From Candidatus Zixiibacteriota bacterium (GTDB lineage: Bacteria; Zixibacteria; MSB-5A5; WJJR01), in the NCBI GenBank assembly GCA_036170655.1, contig JAVHPP010000009.1, positions 1-21,923 of the forward strand: DNA of 21,923 nucleotides. The letters are read 5' to 3'. This document shows, in pieces, positions 9,214 to 16,889 of the stretch; positions within the stretch are counted from its first letter, which is position 1; each line of letters starts with the position of its first letter. Under the pieces are notes generated by a model. It saw only the letters and a list, made by a program, of their open reading frames with translations, did no database searches and had not been told where the DNA came from. Made by a program: the position numbers and the translations under genes.

Positions 9214-9322
9214 CTTCCTGCGCAAAGCTGCTCAGCGGGTAGAAGGCAAGTCTGTAAGGGCGATGCGTCCGATTCATCCTTGCACAAAAGAATGAAACAA
9301 TCCAGCAAGTGGCACGGCTGGG

Positions 9323-9399
9323 GTAGGGGCACAGCTTGCCGTGACCGCTGGGGCTGGCGCGAGTGGAACCGCGTCGGACACGTCAAGCCGTGTCCCTAC
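9323..9399. repeat. inverted pair of GTAG REPs (REPIN/BIME-like doublet)
   Basis: Plus strand 9323-9347 GTAGGGGCACAGCTTGCCGTGACCG and minus strand 9399-9375 GTAGGGACACGGCTTGACGTGTCCG are 21/25 identical, with a 27-bp spacer. Confidence 0.75.
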
Positions 9400-9441
9400 A
9401 GACCTCACCCCAACAGCGCGAGTCTGCAGGTCGTGCATTTC

Positions 9442-10659
9442 TCATACCAACTTCAATAAATCGTCAATGTATTGATCATTGAGGCGAGCCCGGCCAAACG
9501 ATTCCTCGACCGCACGTTTTCCGTTCTGTCCCAGTTCACGGCGCAGCGTCTGGTCCGCCTGCAAGGTCGCGATTGCCCCGGCAATCTGAGCCGGGTTCTC
9601 CGGCTCGACAGCAATGCCGGCGTGGCACTCACTCAAGATGTCCGCCGCCTCTCCCTCAACGGCAAGGATCACAGGTGTCCCCGCGGCCATGGCCTCATAC
9701 ATCTTCGAAGGAACCGCACCACGGAAAAGCGGCAATCGCCGGAGGCAGATGACCGCGCAATCGAACGCCGCCCAGATCGCGGGCATTGCTTCATGCGGCT
9801 GGGTCCCGACCCAGACGACGTTTGTCAGTTTGCGCGTCTCTGCGATCTGAATCAATTTGGGTCTCGCCGGTCCGTCCCCGACGAATACGAAAACGATCTG
9901 CGCGGGGTCGGTTATCGCCGCTGCCTGCAGCAGCACCTCAAGACCTTGGGGAAGTCCGAAGAGCCCGGCGTACCCTACGACAAAGCGGTTTGACTGGATG
10001 CCCCAATGCTCGCGGCACAGTGCCGGGGACCTGCTGGTCTCGGGGCTGATGCCGGCGCCATTGCGCCAGAGAATGGCGGGTACTTCGCGCGCGCGCTGAC
10101 GAACCGCTTCAATAATGTGTCTTGTTTGTCCGGAAACGGCAGCGGAGTGATGATATAGAAACTCTTCGACCGACTCCAGGAACCGGTACACGATTCCTTC
10201 ACGTCTCAAAATCCCAAGCGCTTCGAGCGATTCTGGCCACAAGTCGGAAACATTGGTCACGAACCTTGCTCCCTTGAAGCGAGACAGCACAAATGCCGTG
10301 GGACCCAGCGCGAGGGGAGGGGACTCCCAGATCAGCACATCGATCCGAGGCGTTCCCAGAAGTCCCACCAGCAATGCGCTGATCGCGAACGATCCGTAGG
10401 TCAGGCCACGAGAAATCCAGCCGGACCCCGCGCGGGGCCAAATCCATGCCCGAATGACCTTGATCCCGTCGCGGGTCTCGCGGGCGCTGAGACGGTGACG
10501 GTAAGCTGGGAACACCTTTCCCGCAGGGTAATTGGGGAAAGCAGTGAGGACCGTGATCGAGATTCCTCGGTCGCGGCAACTGTGTGCGAATGATTCCAGA
10601 CGATTCTGAGTCGCACCGGCTTCAGGAGGGTAGTACTGGCTCAAGAGCAGAATTCGCAT
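9442..10659 (-). CDS. glycosyltransferase family 4 (WbuB-like, GT-B fold)
   Basis: MRILLLSQYYPPE, TAFPNYP, SPPL, VSDLWPES, YAGLFGLPQGL, VGDGP and PSKMYEAMAAGTPVI. ATG 10659 (TTG 10665 alternative). Confidence 0.9.
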   Translation of the reverse strand: MRILLLSQYYPPEAGATQNRLESFAHSCRDRGISITVLTAFPNYPAGKVFPAYRHRLSARETRDGIKVIRAWIWPRAGSGWISRGLTYGSFAISALLVGLLGTPRIDVLIWESPPLALGPTAFVLSRFKGARFVTNVSDLWPESLEALGILRREGIVYRFLESVEEFLYHHSAAVSGQTRHIIEAVRQRAREVPAILWRNGAGISPETSRSPALCREHWGIQSNRFVVGYAGLFGLPQGLEVLLQAAAITDPAQIVFVFVGDGPARPKLIQIAETRKLTNVVWVGTQPHEAMPAIWAAFDCAVICLRRLPLFRGAVPSKMYEAMAAGTPVILAVEGEAADILSECHAGIAVEPENPAQIAGAIATLQADQTLRRELGQNGKRAVEESFGRARLNDQYIDDLLKLV

Positions 10660-10884
10660 CGGCAATTGTTGCCTAACAGTAATGGGTTTCTCTGTCCGGA
10701 AGTGACGGCATCATCTACCACGGAACAGGTATCGGGCGGAGAATATAGCGAGACCTCGGCGCGCCTGCAGGTGTTTGTTGCCACGCTCGGGATCGGCGTT
10801 CGGGACAAAAAGGACTTGGCTGGCAGCGGGTTGGGCCTTTCATTGGCGCAGGCAAAGCGGAATTTGATTGCCAAAGGAGTCACG

Positions 10885-12372
10885 ATGGATTTTCGAATCG
10901 AGATCAATGCCACTGCACCCAGCGACGTCGAGCCGTCTGTGCCCGTGGCCGTATTCGTTCACGAGAAGCCGGCCCCCTTGCCTGCCTGGGTCAAGGCTCT
11001 ACCGGAGACCCTTCGGGAGACAATCACTGCGTATTGGAATGGCAGTTCGTTCGAAGGCGGGACTGGCAAGGCAGCAGCGGTGTTTGCACCGCGACAAGCC
11101 GCTTTTCTGATCGGCCTCGGGAAGAAGGGCACGCTGGACAACGAGTCCATTCGCCGGGCCTACGGGAAACTGATTCGGGTTCTGGGTGAGCATCGGCTGC
11201 CGGAGGTGTGGGCGCCGCTGCTCTCCGCCCGCGATCCGCGCGAAGCCGCCGAGGCCGCGACCGTGGGCGCCATGCTGGCCAATTACCGTTTCGCCAGTTA
11301 CCGCACGGACAAGAAGAAGCTGACCCCTCAAGTTGAGCAACTCATGCTCTGGGAACCGGACGCCGCCCGACGCCGCAAAGCTGCGGGAGGCATTGCTTCC
11401 GGGACAATCCTCGCCGAGGCCACATGCCGTGTGCGTGACATGGTAAACACGCCGGGCAACGATCTCACGCCTCAGAGTTATGCGGCCATTGCGGCGCGCT
11501 GGTGCGATGAAGCCGGTGTCAAACTGCAGGTACTGGGCCCGCGCGAGATCACCCGTGCCGGCATGGGAGCGGTCATGGCTGTCGGCGGCGGCTCCGCCAA
11601 CGAGCCCCGCTTCCTGATTGCGACCTATTTGGGACGCAAACGTCAGCCGAAAGCGGTCGATGTCGCCTTGGTCGGGAAAGGGGTGACCTTCGACAGCGGT
11701 GGCATCTCGATCAAACCATCCGCCGATATGTGGGAAATGCGCGGCGACATGATGGGCTCGGCGGTGATGCTCTCCAGCATCTGCGCCGCCGCCAAACTGA
11801 AACTTCCCCTCAATCTCGTTACGCTGACCCCGCTGGTGGAAAATATGCCGTCGGCCACCGCCTACCGGCCCGGTGACATCATTCGCACCCTGTCAGGACA
11901 GACCGTCGAGATCATGTCCACCGATGCCGAGGGACGGCTGATCCTCGCCGATGCGCTCAGTTATGCCCAGCGCTTTCAGCCCAAGATGATTGTCGATGCC
12001 GCTACTCTGACAGGGGCCATTTGCGTGGCGTTGGGGGATGTCTGTTGCGGAGTCTTTACCGAGAAAGACACACTGGCCCGAACCGTGGAAAGAGCCGCTG
12101 CGCTGTCGGGCGAGAGAGTCTGGCGGATGCCGCTGTTCGCCGAATACGACGACAAGTTTACCTCCGATGTCGCCGACATGAAAAACTCCGGCGGACGCGA
12201 TGGCGGAGCCAGCGTCGCCGCGCGCTTGCTGAGAAAGTTTACCGGAGACTTCCCCTGGCTCCACATCGATATCGCCGGTGTTGACTTGGAAAAGAAGGGG
12301 AGCGCCTGCTGTCCCAAAGGAGCCACTGGTTTTGGCGCCCGTCTCGTATTGGAGTTTCTCCGCCTGTTGTAA
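10885..12372 (+). CDS. pepA: leucyl aminopeptidase (M17)
   Basis: VGKGVTFDSGGISIK, MRGDM, ENMPS, TDAEGRLILADAL, DAATLTGA and WLHIDIAG. SD AAGGAG before ATG 10885; the ORF-track start at 10666 is an upstream extension. Confidence 0.93.
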   Translation: MDFRIEINATAPSDVEPSVPVAVFVHEKPAPLPAWVKALPETLRETITAYWNGSSFEGGTGKAAAVFAPRQAAFLIGLGKKGTLDNESIRRAYGKLIRVLGEHRLPEVWAPLLSARDPREAAEAATVGAMLANYRFASYRTDKKKLTPQVEQLMLWEPDAARRRKAAGGIASGTILAEATCRVRDMVNTPGNDLTPQSYAAIAARWCDEAGVKLQVLGPREITRAGMGAVMAVGGGSANEPRFLIATYLGRKRQPKAVDVALVGKGVTFDSGGISIKPSADMWEMRGDMMGSAVMLSSICAAAKLKLPLNLVTLTPLVENMPSATAYRPGDIIRTLSGQTVEIMSTDAEGRLILADALSYAQRFQPKMIVDAATLTGAICVALGDVCCGVFTEKDTLARTVERAAALSGERVWRMPLFAEYDDKFTSDVADMKNSGGRDGGASVAARLLRKFTGDFPWLHIDIAGVDLEKKGSACCPKGATGFGARLVLEFLRLL

Positions 12373-12510
12373 GGGGCTGATGGACCCAGAGGTGGCGGTG
12401 ACACGATGAATGAGCATAGACGTTTCGACTTTTCCCGCAATCGGCGTGTCGAAGACCGCGTTTCTTGAGGGGATAGCGTACACTCCAAGCCACACAACTG
12501 AGAGGGATGA

Positions 12511-12975
12511 ATGCCGGAAGAAATCAAGTACACAGAAGAAGATTGCCATCTGAAATTCGCGAAGGACTGCTTCAACTACGTCTGGACGCTGCTCGAAAAG
12601 GAAGACCGTACCAGCGAGGAAGATGACGAAATGGTCCACGCTGCCCATGCGTCACGCTATCACTGGGGCAAGGTTGGTGTCCCTGTCAACTTCGCGCGCG
12701 GCGAATGGCAGATTTCGCGGGTGTACTCCGAACTGGGTTCTCCCGAGCCCGCGATGTATCACGCGCAACGCTGCCTGGCCATTTGTGTGGAAAACGACCT
12801 CGGCAGCTTCGATCTGGCCTATGCGTACGAAGCCATCGCTCGTGCCGCCGCCGTGGCCGGGCACAAAGATGACTGTCGGCATCATCTGGATCTGGCCCGG
12901 ACAATGGGCGAGACAATCGAAAAGGCTGATTTCAAAGAATTGCTCATGGACGATCTGAAGACGATCATTGTGTGA
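12511..12975 (+). CDS. conserved hypothetical all-alpha (TPR-like) protein
   Basis: SD GAGGG and coding-like composition. FNYVWTLLEK..R..E.DDEMVHAAHASRYHW and RGEWQISRVY resemble an uncharacterised helical-repeat family. Confidence 0.75.
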   Translation: MPEEIKYTEEDCHLKFAKDCFNYVWTLLEKEDRTSEEDDEMVHAAHASRYHWGKVGVPVNFARGEWQISRVYSELGSPEPAMYHAQRCLAICVENDLGSFDLAYAYEAIARAAAVAGHKDDCRHHLDLARTMGETIEKADFKELLMDDLKTIIV

Positions 12976-13026
12976 GGGCGGGTTCACCTCGCGGTACGTC
13001 TGTGTTCCGCCCTGCACAAACTGGCT

Positions 13027-14214
13027 ATGGCCCCCCGTATCCTCCTCAAACCCCGGCGCGCCCGTCCTTTTTTCGGACGGCATCCGTGGCTTTTTGCCGG
13101 CGCGATTGGCCGGATGGAAGGCCATCCCGCCGATGGCGATGAAGTGGCCGTCCACGCCCACGACGGCACATTCATTGCCTGGGGACTCTACAATTCTCAC
13201 AGCCAGATCCGCGTGCGCTTGTATTCTTGGGACACCGCACAGCCGCTTGACGCCGCGTTCTGGCGCGCACAACTGGGCCATGCCATCGCCCTGCGCCGGG
13301 ACGTGCTGGGGTTGGATAACCCGCAAGGCGCCTGCCGACTTGTGTTCAGCGAGGCGGATGGTCTGTCCGGCTTGATGGTGGATCGCTACGGCCCGTGGCT
13401 GGCCGTGCAGTTCACCAGTCTCGCGCTGGCGCAACGTGAAGACACCATTGTCGCACATCTGGTCGAGACGCTGCACCCGCGGGGAATATATCGCCGCACC
13501 GAGCGCGGGATCGGCGAAGCCGAGGGACTGTCACTGCGCGACGGCCCGCTCTGGGGTGAGGCTCCCGAAGGACCCGTCTCGATCACCGAGAACGATATCG
13601 TCTTCGATGTGGAAATGAGAACTGGGCAAAAGACCGGTTTCTATCTCGATCAGCGGATCAACCGTCTAACCGCGCGAACATGGGCGTCAGGTCGCCGCGC
13701 GCTCGACTTGTGCTGCTACACCGGGGGCTTCGCCTTGAATCTCGCACGCGGCGGGGCCACTGATGTGCTGGGTATTGATGTCTCCACAGCCGCGATTGAA
13801 CTGGCCCGGCGCAACGCCGAACGCAATGCCATCGCCTCTGTCCGTTTCGAGACCAGTGATGTCTTCTCGGCCCTGGAAGCGCTGGCCGCTGCCGGTGAGC
13901 GCTTCGGCATCATTGTTTGTGATCCCCCGCGTTTTGCCCGCTCACGGCGTTCGGTCGAACAAGCCATCGGCGGCTACCAGCGCCTCAACGAACTGGCCCT
14001 CCGTGTGCTTGACCATGATGGCATCCTCATTACCTGCAGCTGCTCTGGGCAGGTCAGCCGTGAGGACTTCGCCTCGGTGCTGGGGCTGGTGGCCGAACAC
14101 GCCGGTCGTCCGATTCAGATCCTCGAACAACGCGGTCAGCCGCCGGATCATCCAGTCTCGGCCTCCTGCCCCGAGACCAACTACCTCAAGTGTTTCGTTT
14201 GCCGTGTCATCTGA
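13027..14214 (+). CDS. rlmI: RlmI-like class I SAM-dependent 23S rRNA m5C methyltransferase
   Basis: N-terminal PUA domain (RHPWLFAGAI), SEADGLSGLMVDRY, GQKTGFYLDQR, LDLCCYTGGF, DPPRF and TCSCS. Confidence 0.85.
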   Translation: MAPRILLKPRRARPFFGRHPWLFAGAIGRMEGHPADGDEVAVHAHDGTFIAWGLYNSHSQIRVRLYSWDTAQPLDAAFWRAQLGHAIALRRDVLGLDNPQGACRLVFSEADGLSGLMVDRYGPWLAVQFTSLALAQREDTIVAHLVETLHPRGIYRRTERGIGEAEGLSLRDGPLWGEAPEGPVSITENDIVFDVEMRTGQKTGFYLDQRINRLTARTWASGRRALDLCCYTGGFALNLARGGATDVLGIDVSTAAIELARRNAERNAIASVRFETSDVFSALEALAAAGERFGIIVCDPPRFARSRRSVEQAIGGYQRLNELALRVLDHDGILITCSCSGQVSREDFASVLGLVAEHAGRPIQILEQRGQPPDHPVSASCPETNYLKCFVCRVI

Positions 14215-14244
14215 GTGAGCCCCCTCAGGCCGTCCTCTCACACT

Positions 14245-14269
14245 GTGGTGCAAGCATCCTTGCCTGCAC
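14245..14269 (+). repeat. REP-like hairpin (GTGG variant)
   Basis: GTGGTGCAAGCATCCTTGCCTGCAC forms a 9-bp stem with one mismatch and loop TCCT. Intergenic. Confidence 0.45.
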
Positions 14270-14367
14270 GTGCAGCCGAACGGAAGTCCGCTATGGCAGA
14301 TTGCGCGCCGATCTCTCTTGACCCTTCACCCTCAATGATTGCACCATTCACGTGGAGGGATGCTGAT

Positions 14368-14880
14368 ATGAGACGATTCCTGTCGCTTGCCTTGGTCCTG
14401 GTCGTAGTGGTTCCGGCTACTGCCCACGCTGGTTCCGAGTCCGAAGTCGGATTCCGCGGCTGGGGTCCCCGTGTGGGTCTCACGGTCGATCCCGATCAGA
14501 TCCACCTCGGCGCTCATGTGGACTTCGGCAACTTCGCCCGGCACGTTCGCTTCCAGCCCAACCTGGAAGTGGGGTTTGGCGTTGTCACGTTGTTTGCCCT
14601 GAACTTCGAAGCGGCCTATCGCTTTCAGTCGCGCTGGAATGTCTGGACGCCCTATGTGGGCGGCGGCTTGGGACTCAACTTCGTCCGCGGGGATCTTGGT
14701 CACCGCTGGCTTGGTAGCCATCATTTCCACGACAACACCGGCGCCCAAGCCGGCCTCAATATCTTGGGTGGAATCGAGAAGGGCCTGCGCAACGGCGATC
14801 GCTTCTTCGCCGAAGCCAAGCTGGGCTTCTCCAACTCACCGGATTTGAAGCTCACCGTGGGATGGACATTCTTCCACTGA
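14368..14880 (+). CDS. small outer-membrane beta-barrel protein (OmpA/OmpW-like 8-strand type)
   Basis: Signal peptide MRRFLSLALVLVVVVPATAHA, amphipathic strands (PYVGGGLGLNF, LNILGGIE, FFAEAKLG) and aromatic C-terminus VGWTFFH. SD GGAGG. Confidence 0.78.
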   Translation: MRRFLSLALVLVVVVPATAHAGSESEVGFRGWGPRVGLTVDPDQIHLGAHVDFGNFARHVRFQPNLEVGFGVVTLFALNFEAAYRFQSRWNVWTPYVGGGLGLNFVRGDLGHRWLGSHHFHDNTGAQAGLNILGGIEKGLRNGDRFFAEAKLGFSNSPDLKLTVGWTFFH

Positions 14881-14922
14881 CATCCGGCATCGGATCGATG
14901 GGAATTCGCTCCATCGCTGGTG

Positions 14923-14947
14923 GTAGCACGGGCGTCCCGCCCGTGGC
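14923..14947 (+). repeat. GTAG-type REP, exact copy of 4199-4223
   Basis: GTAGCACGGGCGTCCCGCCCGTGGC, 25/25 identical to the copy 10.7 kb upstream. Confidence 0.85.
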
Positions 14948-15043
14948 CCTTGGTTGAGAAATCTCCTTTGGGAAACGGAACGATCCACCGGGCTGCTGTC
15001 GGCACGCAAGGTTACTTGGCGGGGCGCCGGCCGCAGATTCCTC

Positions 15044-15087
15044 TTGACAAACTTTGGTCGGCCTAATAAATAGTTCGGCATGCCTAA
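15044..15087 (+). promoter_or_regulatory. promoter of the DtxR-family gene with two tandem operator boxes
   Basis: TTGACA at 15044-15049 and an AT-rich -10 region at about 15064-15074. Boxes TTTGGTCGGCCTAA (15053-15066) and TTCGGCATGCCTAA (15074-15087) are 21 bp apart. Confidence 0.7.
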
Positions 15088-15643
15088 CAAACGGCCAGTC
15101 GACCCGATGACGAAACGCCTGTCCCCCCAGATGGAGATGTACCTCAAGACCATCCTGCGCCTTGAACCATCCGCCGCAGAGGGTGCGAGGGTCAGGGACA
15201 TCGCCGCGACGCTCGCCATCACCATGCCCAGTGTGTCCGAGGCCCTGCGGTCGCTGGCGGGACGGGGATTGGTGAGGCACCCGGCGTATGGGGCCGTGAC
15301 GCTGACCGCACGCGGGCGGCGCGCCGCCAGCGACGTCAACCGGCGTTACGAGGTCTTGCGGCGGTTTTTCATCGACGTTCTCCATGTGGACCGGAAAATC
15401 GCCGAGCGGGAGGCCTGCGAAATCGAGCATGTCACCGGTCCCGACACGCTGCGCCGGCTGACCGCCTTTCTCGACTATGTCTCGCGCTGCCGTATGGATG
15501 TGCGGCCCGTGATTGTCCATTTCCACGAATACCTGGAATGGCGTCTCAATGGGGATTACTGCCACGACTGCGAGGGCGGCGACCGCCGTCCGGCAAACTG
15601 CCCCATGCCGGACGGTCCCTTGGGCGCGCGCGCAGCCGGGTGA
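15080..15643 (+). CDS. DtxR/IdeR/MntR-family metal-dependent repressor with Cys-rich C-terminus
   Basis: MEMYLKTI, wHTH RVRDIAATLAITMPSVSEALRSL, VTLTARG and EACEIEH. Start is 15080 or 15107. Confidence 0.92.
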   Translation: MPNKRPVDPMTKRLSPQMEMYLKTILRLEPSAAEGARVRDIAATLAITMPSVSEALRSLAGRGLVRHPAYGAVTLTARGRRAASDVNRRYEVLRRFFIDVLHVDRKIAEREACEIEHVTGPDTLRRLTAFLDYVSRCRMDVRPVIVHFHEYLEWRLNGDYCHDCEGGDRRPANCPMPDGPLGARAAG

Positions 15644-15650
15644 GTTTTTT

Positions 15651-15679
15651 TTGACCGATAAGTTTGGTATACCTAACAT
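15651..15679 (+). promoter_or_regulatory. sigma70 promoter overlapped by a DtxR-type operator
   Basis: TTGACC(15651-56)-17 bp-TAACAT(15674-79). Near-palindrome GTTTGGTATACCTAAC at 15662-15677 covers the spacer and the -10. Confidence 0.75.
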
Positions 15680-15711
15680 TGTCAGAAAACAAACCTTCAG
15701 GAGGAAATGAA

Positions 15712-16452
15712 ATGAGCCGTAAGAACCCTGCACGCGCGAATCGTCGCCGGACCGCCTGGCTTCTCGCTGTCGCGCTGGCCGCCGCCTCGCCAGCCCACGC
15801 CGACCGCCGCTCGTATGTGTGGTCGTACGAATACCAAACCAAGCCCCCTGGCGGCGTCGACTTGGAACATTATCTCACCAGCAAGACATCCAGCACGAAA
15901 GCGGCCGTACAGACCGCATGGGAGCAAAAGATCGAACTGGAAATCGGCCTGACCGAACGCTGGGACTTTTCCGTCTATCAGATCTTCAGCCAGCCGCCCG
16001 GCGGCTCATTTCAGTACGATGCCTTCCAATTTCGGACACGCTATCGGCTCGGTCAGGCCGGTCAGTGGCCCGTTGATCCGTTGCTCTATGTCGAGTATCA
16101 CCGCCCGAGTGACTTGGGACGTCCCAACAGGTTCGAGGGGAAGCTGATTCTCGCGCATGACATCCGCCGCGTCAATCTCGTTGCTAACCTGATCGAGGAG
16201 GTCAATTTTGCCCCCGGCGTCGAATGGAAGACAGGCTACACTGCCGGAATCTCATTCGAACCCCGCCCCATCGTGAAGTTCGGGGTCGAGGTTTACGGCG
16301 GCCTCGCCACTCAAGGGGGAAAGACTCACAACTTAGGCCCGACTATCTCGCTGGCACGGGACAAATGGTACTACACAATTGGCGTCGGGTTCGGACTCAA
16401 CAAGGCTTCAAACGATATCGAGGCGCGTGCGATTCTGGGAATTGACCTGTGA
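15712..16452 (+). CDS. putative outer-membrane beta-barrel of unknown function (possibly DUF6662-like)
   Basis: SD AGGAGG, signal peptide ending AHA|DRR, alternating aromatic/hydrophobic strands (ELEIGLTERWDFSVYQ, FQFRTRYRL, PLLYVEY, WYYTIGVGFGL) and C-terminal strand ARAILGIDL. Confidence 0.72.
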   Translation: MSRKNPARANRRRTAWLLAVALAAASPAHADRRSYVWSYEYQTKPPGGVDLEHYLTSKTSSTKAAVQTAWEQKIELEIGLTERWDFSVYQIFSQPPGGSFQYDAFQFRTRYRLGQAGQWPVDPLLYVEYHRPSDLGRPNRFEGKLILAHDIRRVNLVANLIEEVNFAPGVEWKTGYTAGISFEPRPIVKFGVEVYGGLATQGGKTHNLGPTISLARDKWYYTIGVGFGLNKASNDIEARAILGIDL

Positions 16453-16754
16453 CCCGGCGACGATTCGCCATGGCGGCTCTCGCCGTTGCGATGGCCGCCG
16501 CGCTGGTTCTGATGCTCCTGCCCGGTTGCGGCGGGACAGGTCCGCGCGGTGATGGTTCGGCTGGTTCGAGGCTGTACTACGCCCGCTGCCGTTCGTGCCA
16601 TTCTCCCTACGATCCCGCATCGAAGACAGTGGGATGGTGGCGCGACAATCTCGACCGCTACGCGCAACGGGCCCATCTAACGGCATCCGAGCGGGACTCG
16701 GTCATGGCATTCGTGGTGCGAGCAAAAGTCACAGACTCGCTTCATCATTATTGA
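16449..16754 (+). CDS. small monoheme c-type cytochrome lipoprotein
   Basis: Hydrophobic signal with lipobox-like LPGC, GSRLYYARCRSCH (CxxCH) and class I cytochrome c-like C-terminal helix LTASERDSVMAFV. GTG start overlaps the upstream TGA. Confidence 0.75.
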   Translation: MTRRRFAMAALAVAMAAALVLMLLPGCGGTGPRGDGSAGSRLYYARCRSCHSPYDPASKTVGWWRDNLDRYAQRAHLTASERDSVMAFVVRAKVTDSLHHY

Positions 16755-16802
16755 CATGAAAGCGAAAGCTGCCTTCCCGCCTTGGGTGGGTCGTCACTGT
16801 CG

Positions 16803-16831
16803 TTGCCAAGCCTGGCGTTGAAGCGTATATT
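16803..16831 (+). promoter_or_regulatory. putative sigma70 promoter of tgt-yajC-def-fmt
   Basis: TTGCCA(16803-08)-17 bp-TATATT(16826-31). Confidence 0.6.
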
Positions 16832-16889
16832 CCCCCTGTGAAATCACCCCGCTTCCACGAATCCCAAGTTTGTTTGCACACAGGAATGA

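Noticed and set aside
7440..9242. 600-aa plus-strand ORF
   Set aside because: Antisense shadow of in-frame lapB/lapA that also runs through the tRNA gene; not protein-like.
9142..10659. Genomic island integrated at tRNA-Arg carrying the orphan GT4 gene
   Set aside because: No integrase and no duplicated tRNA 3' end seen in the window.
10666..10884. 73-aa N-terminal extension of PepA in the ORF track
   Set aside because: A strong SD precedes ATG 10885, and the extension fills the divergent promoter region.
12972..13017. AGGGCGG/CCGCCCT inverted repeat as another REP
   Set aside because: Only a 7-bp core with a long loop, single copy and no intact GTAG end; too weak to call.
15645..15652. 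T8 tract as a terminator or phase-variation site
   Set aside because: No good stem precedes it, and it lies upstream of and into the -35, so slippage would not alter promoter spacing. More likely UP-element-like.
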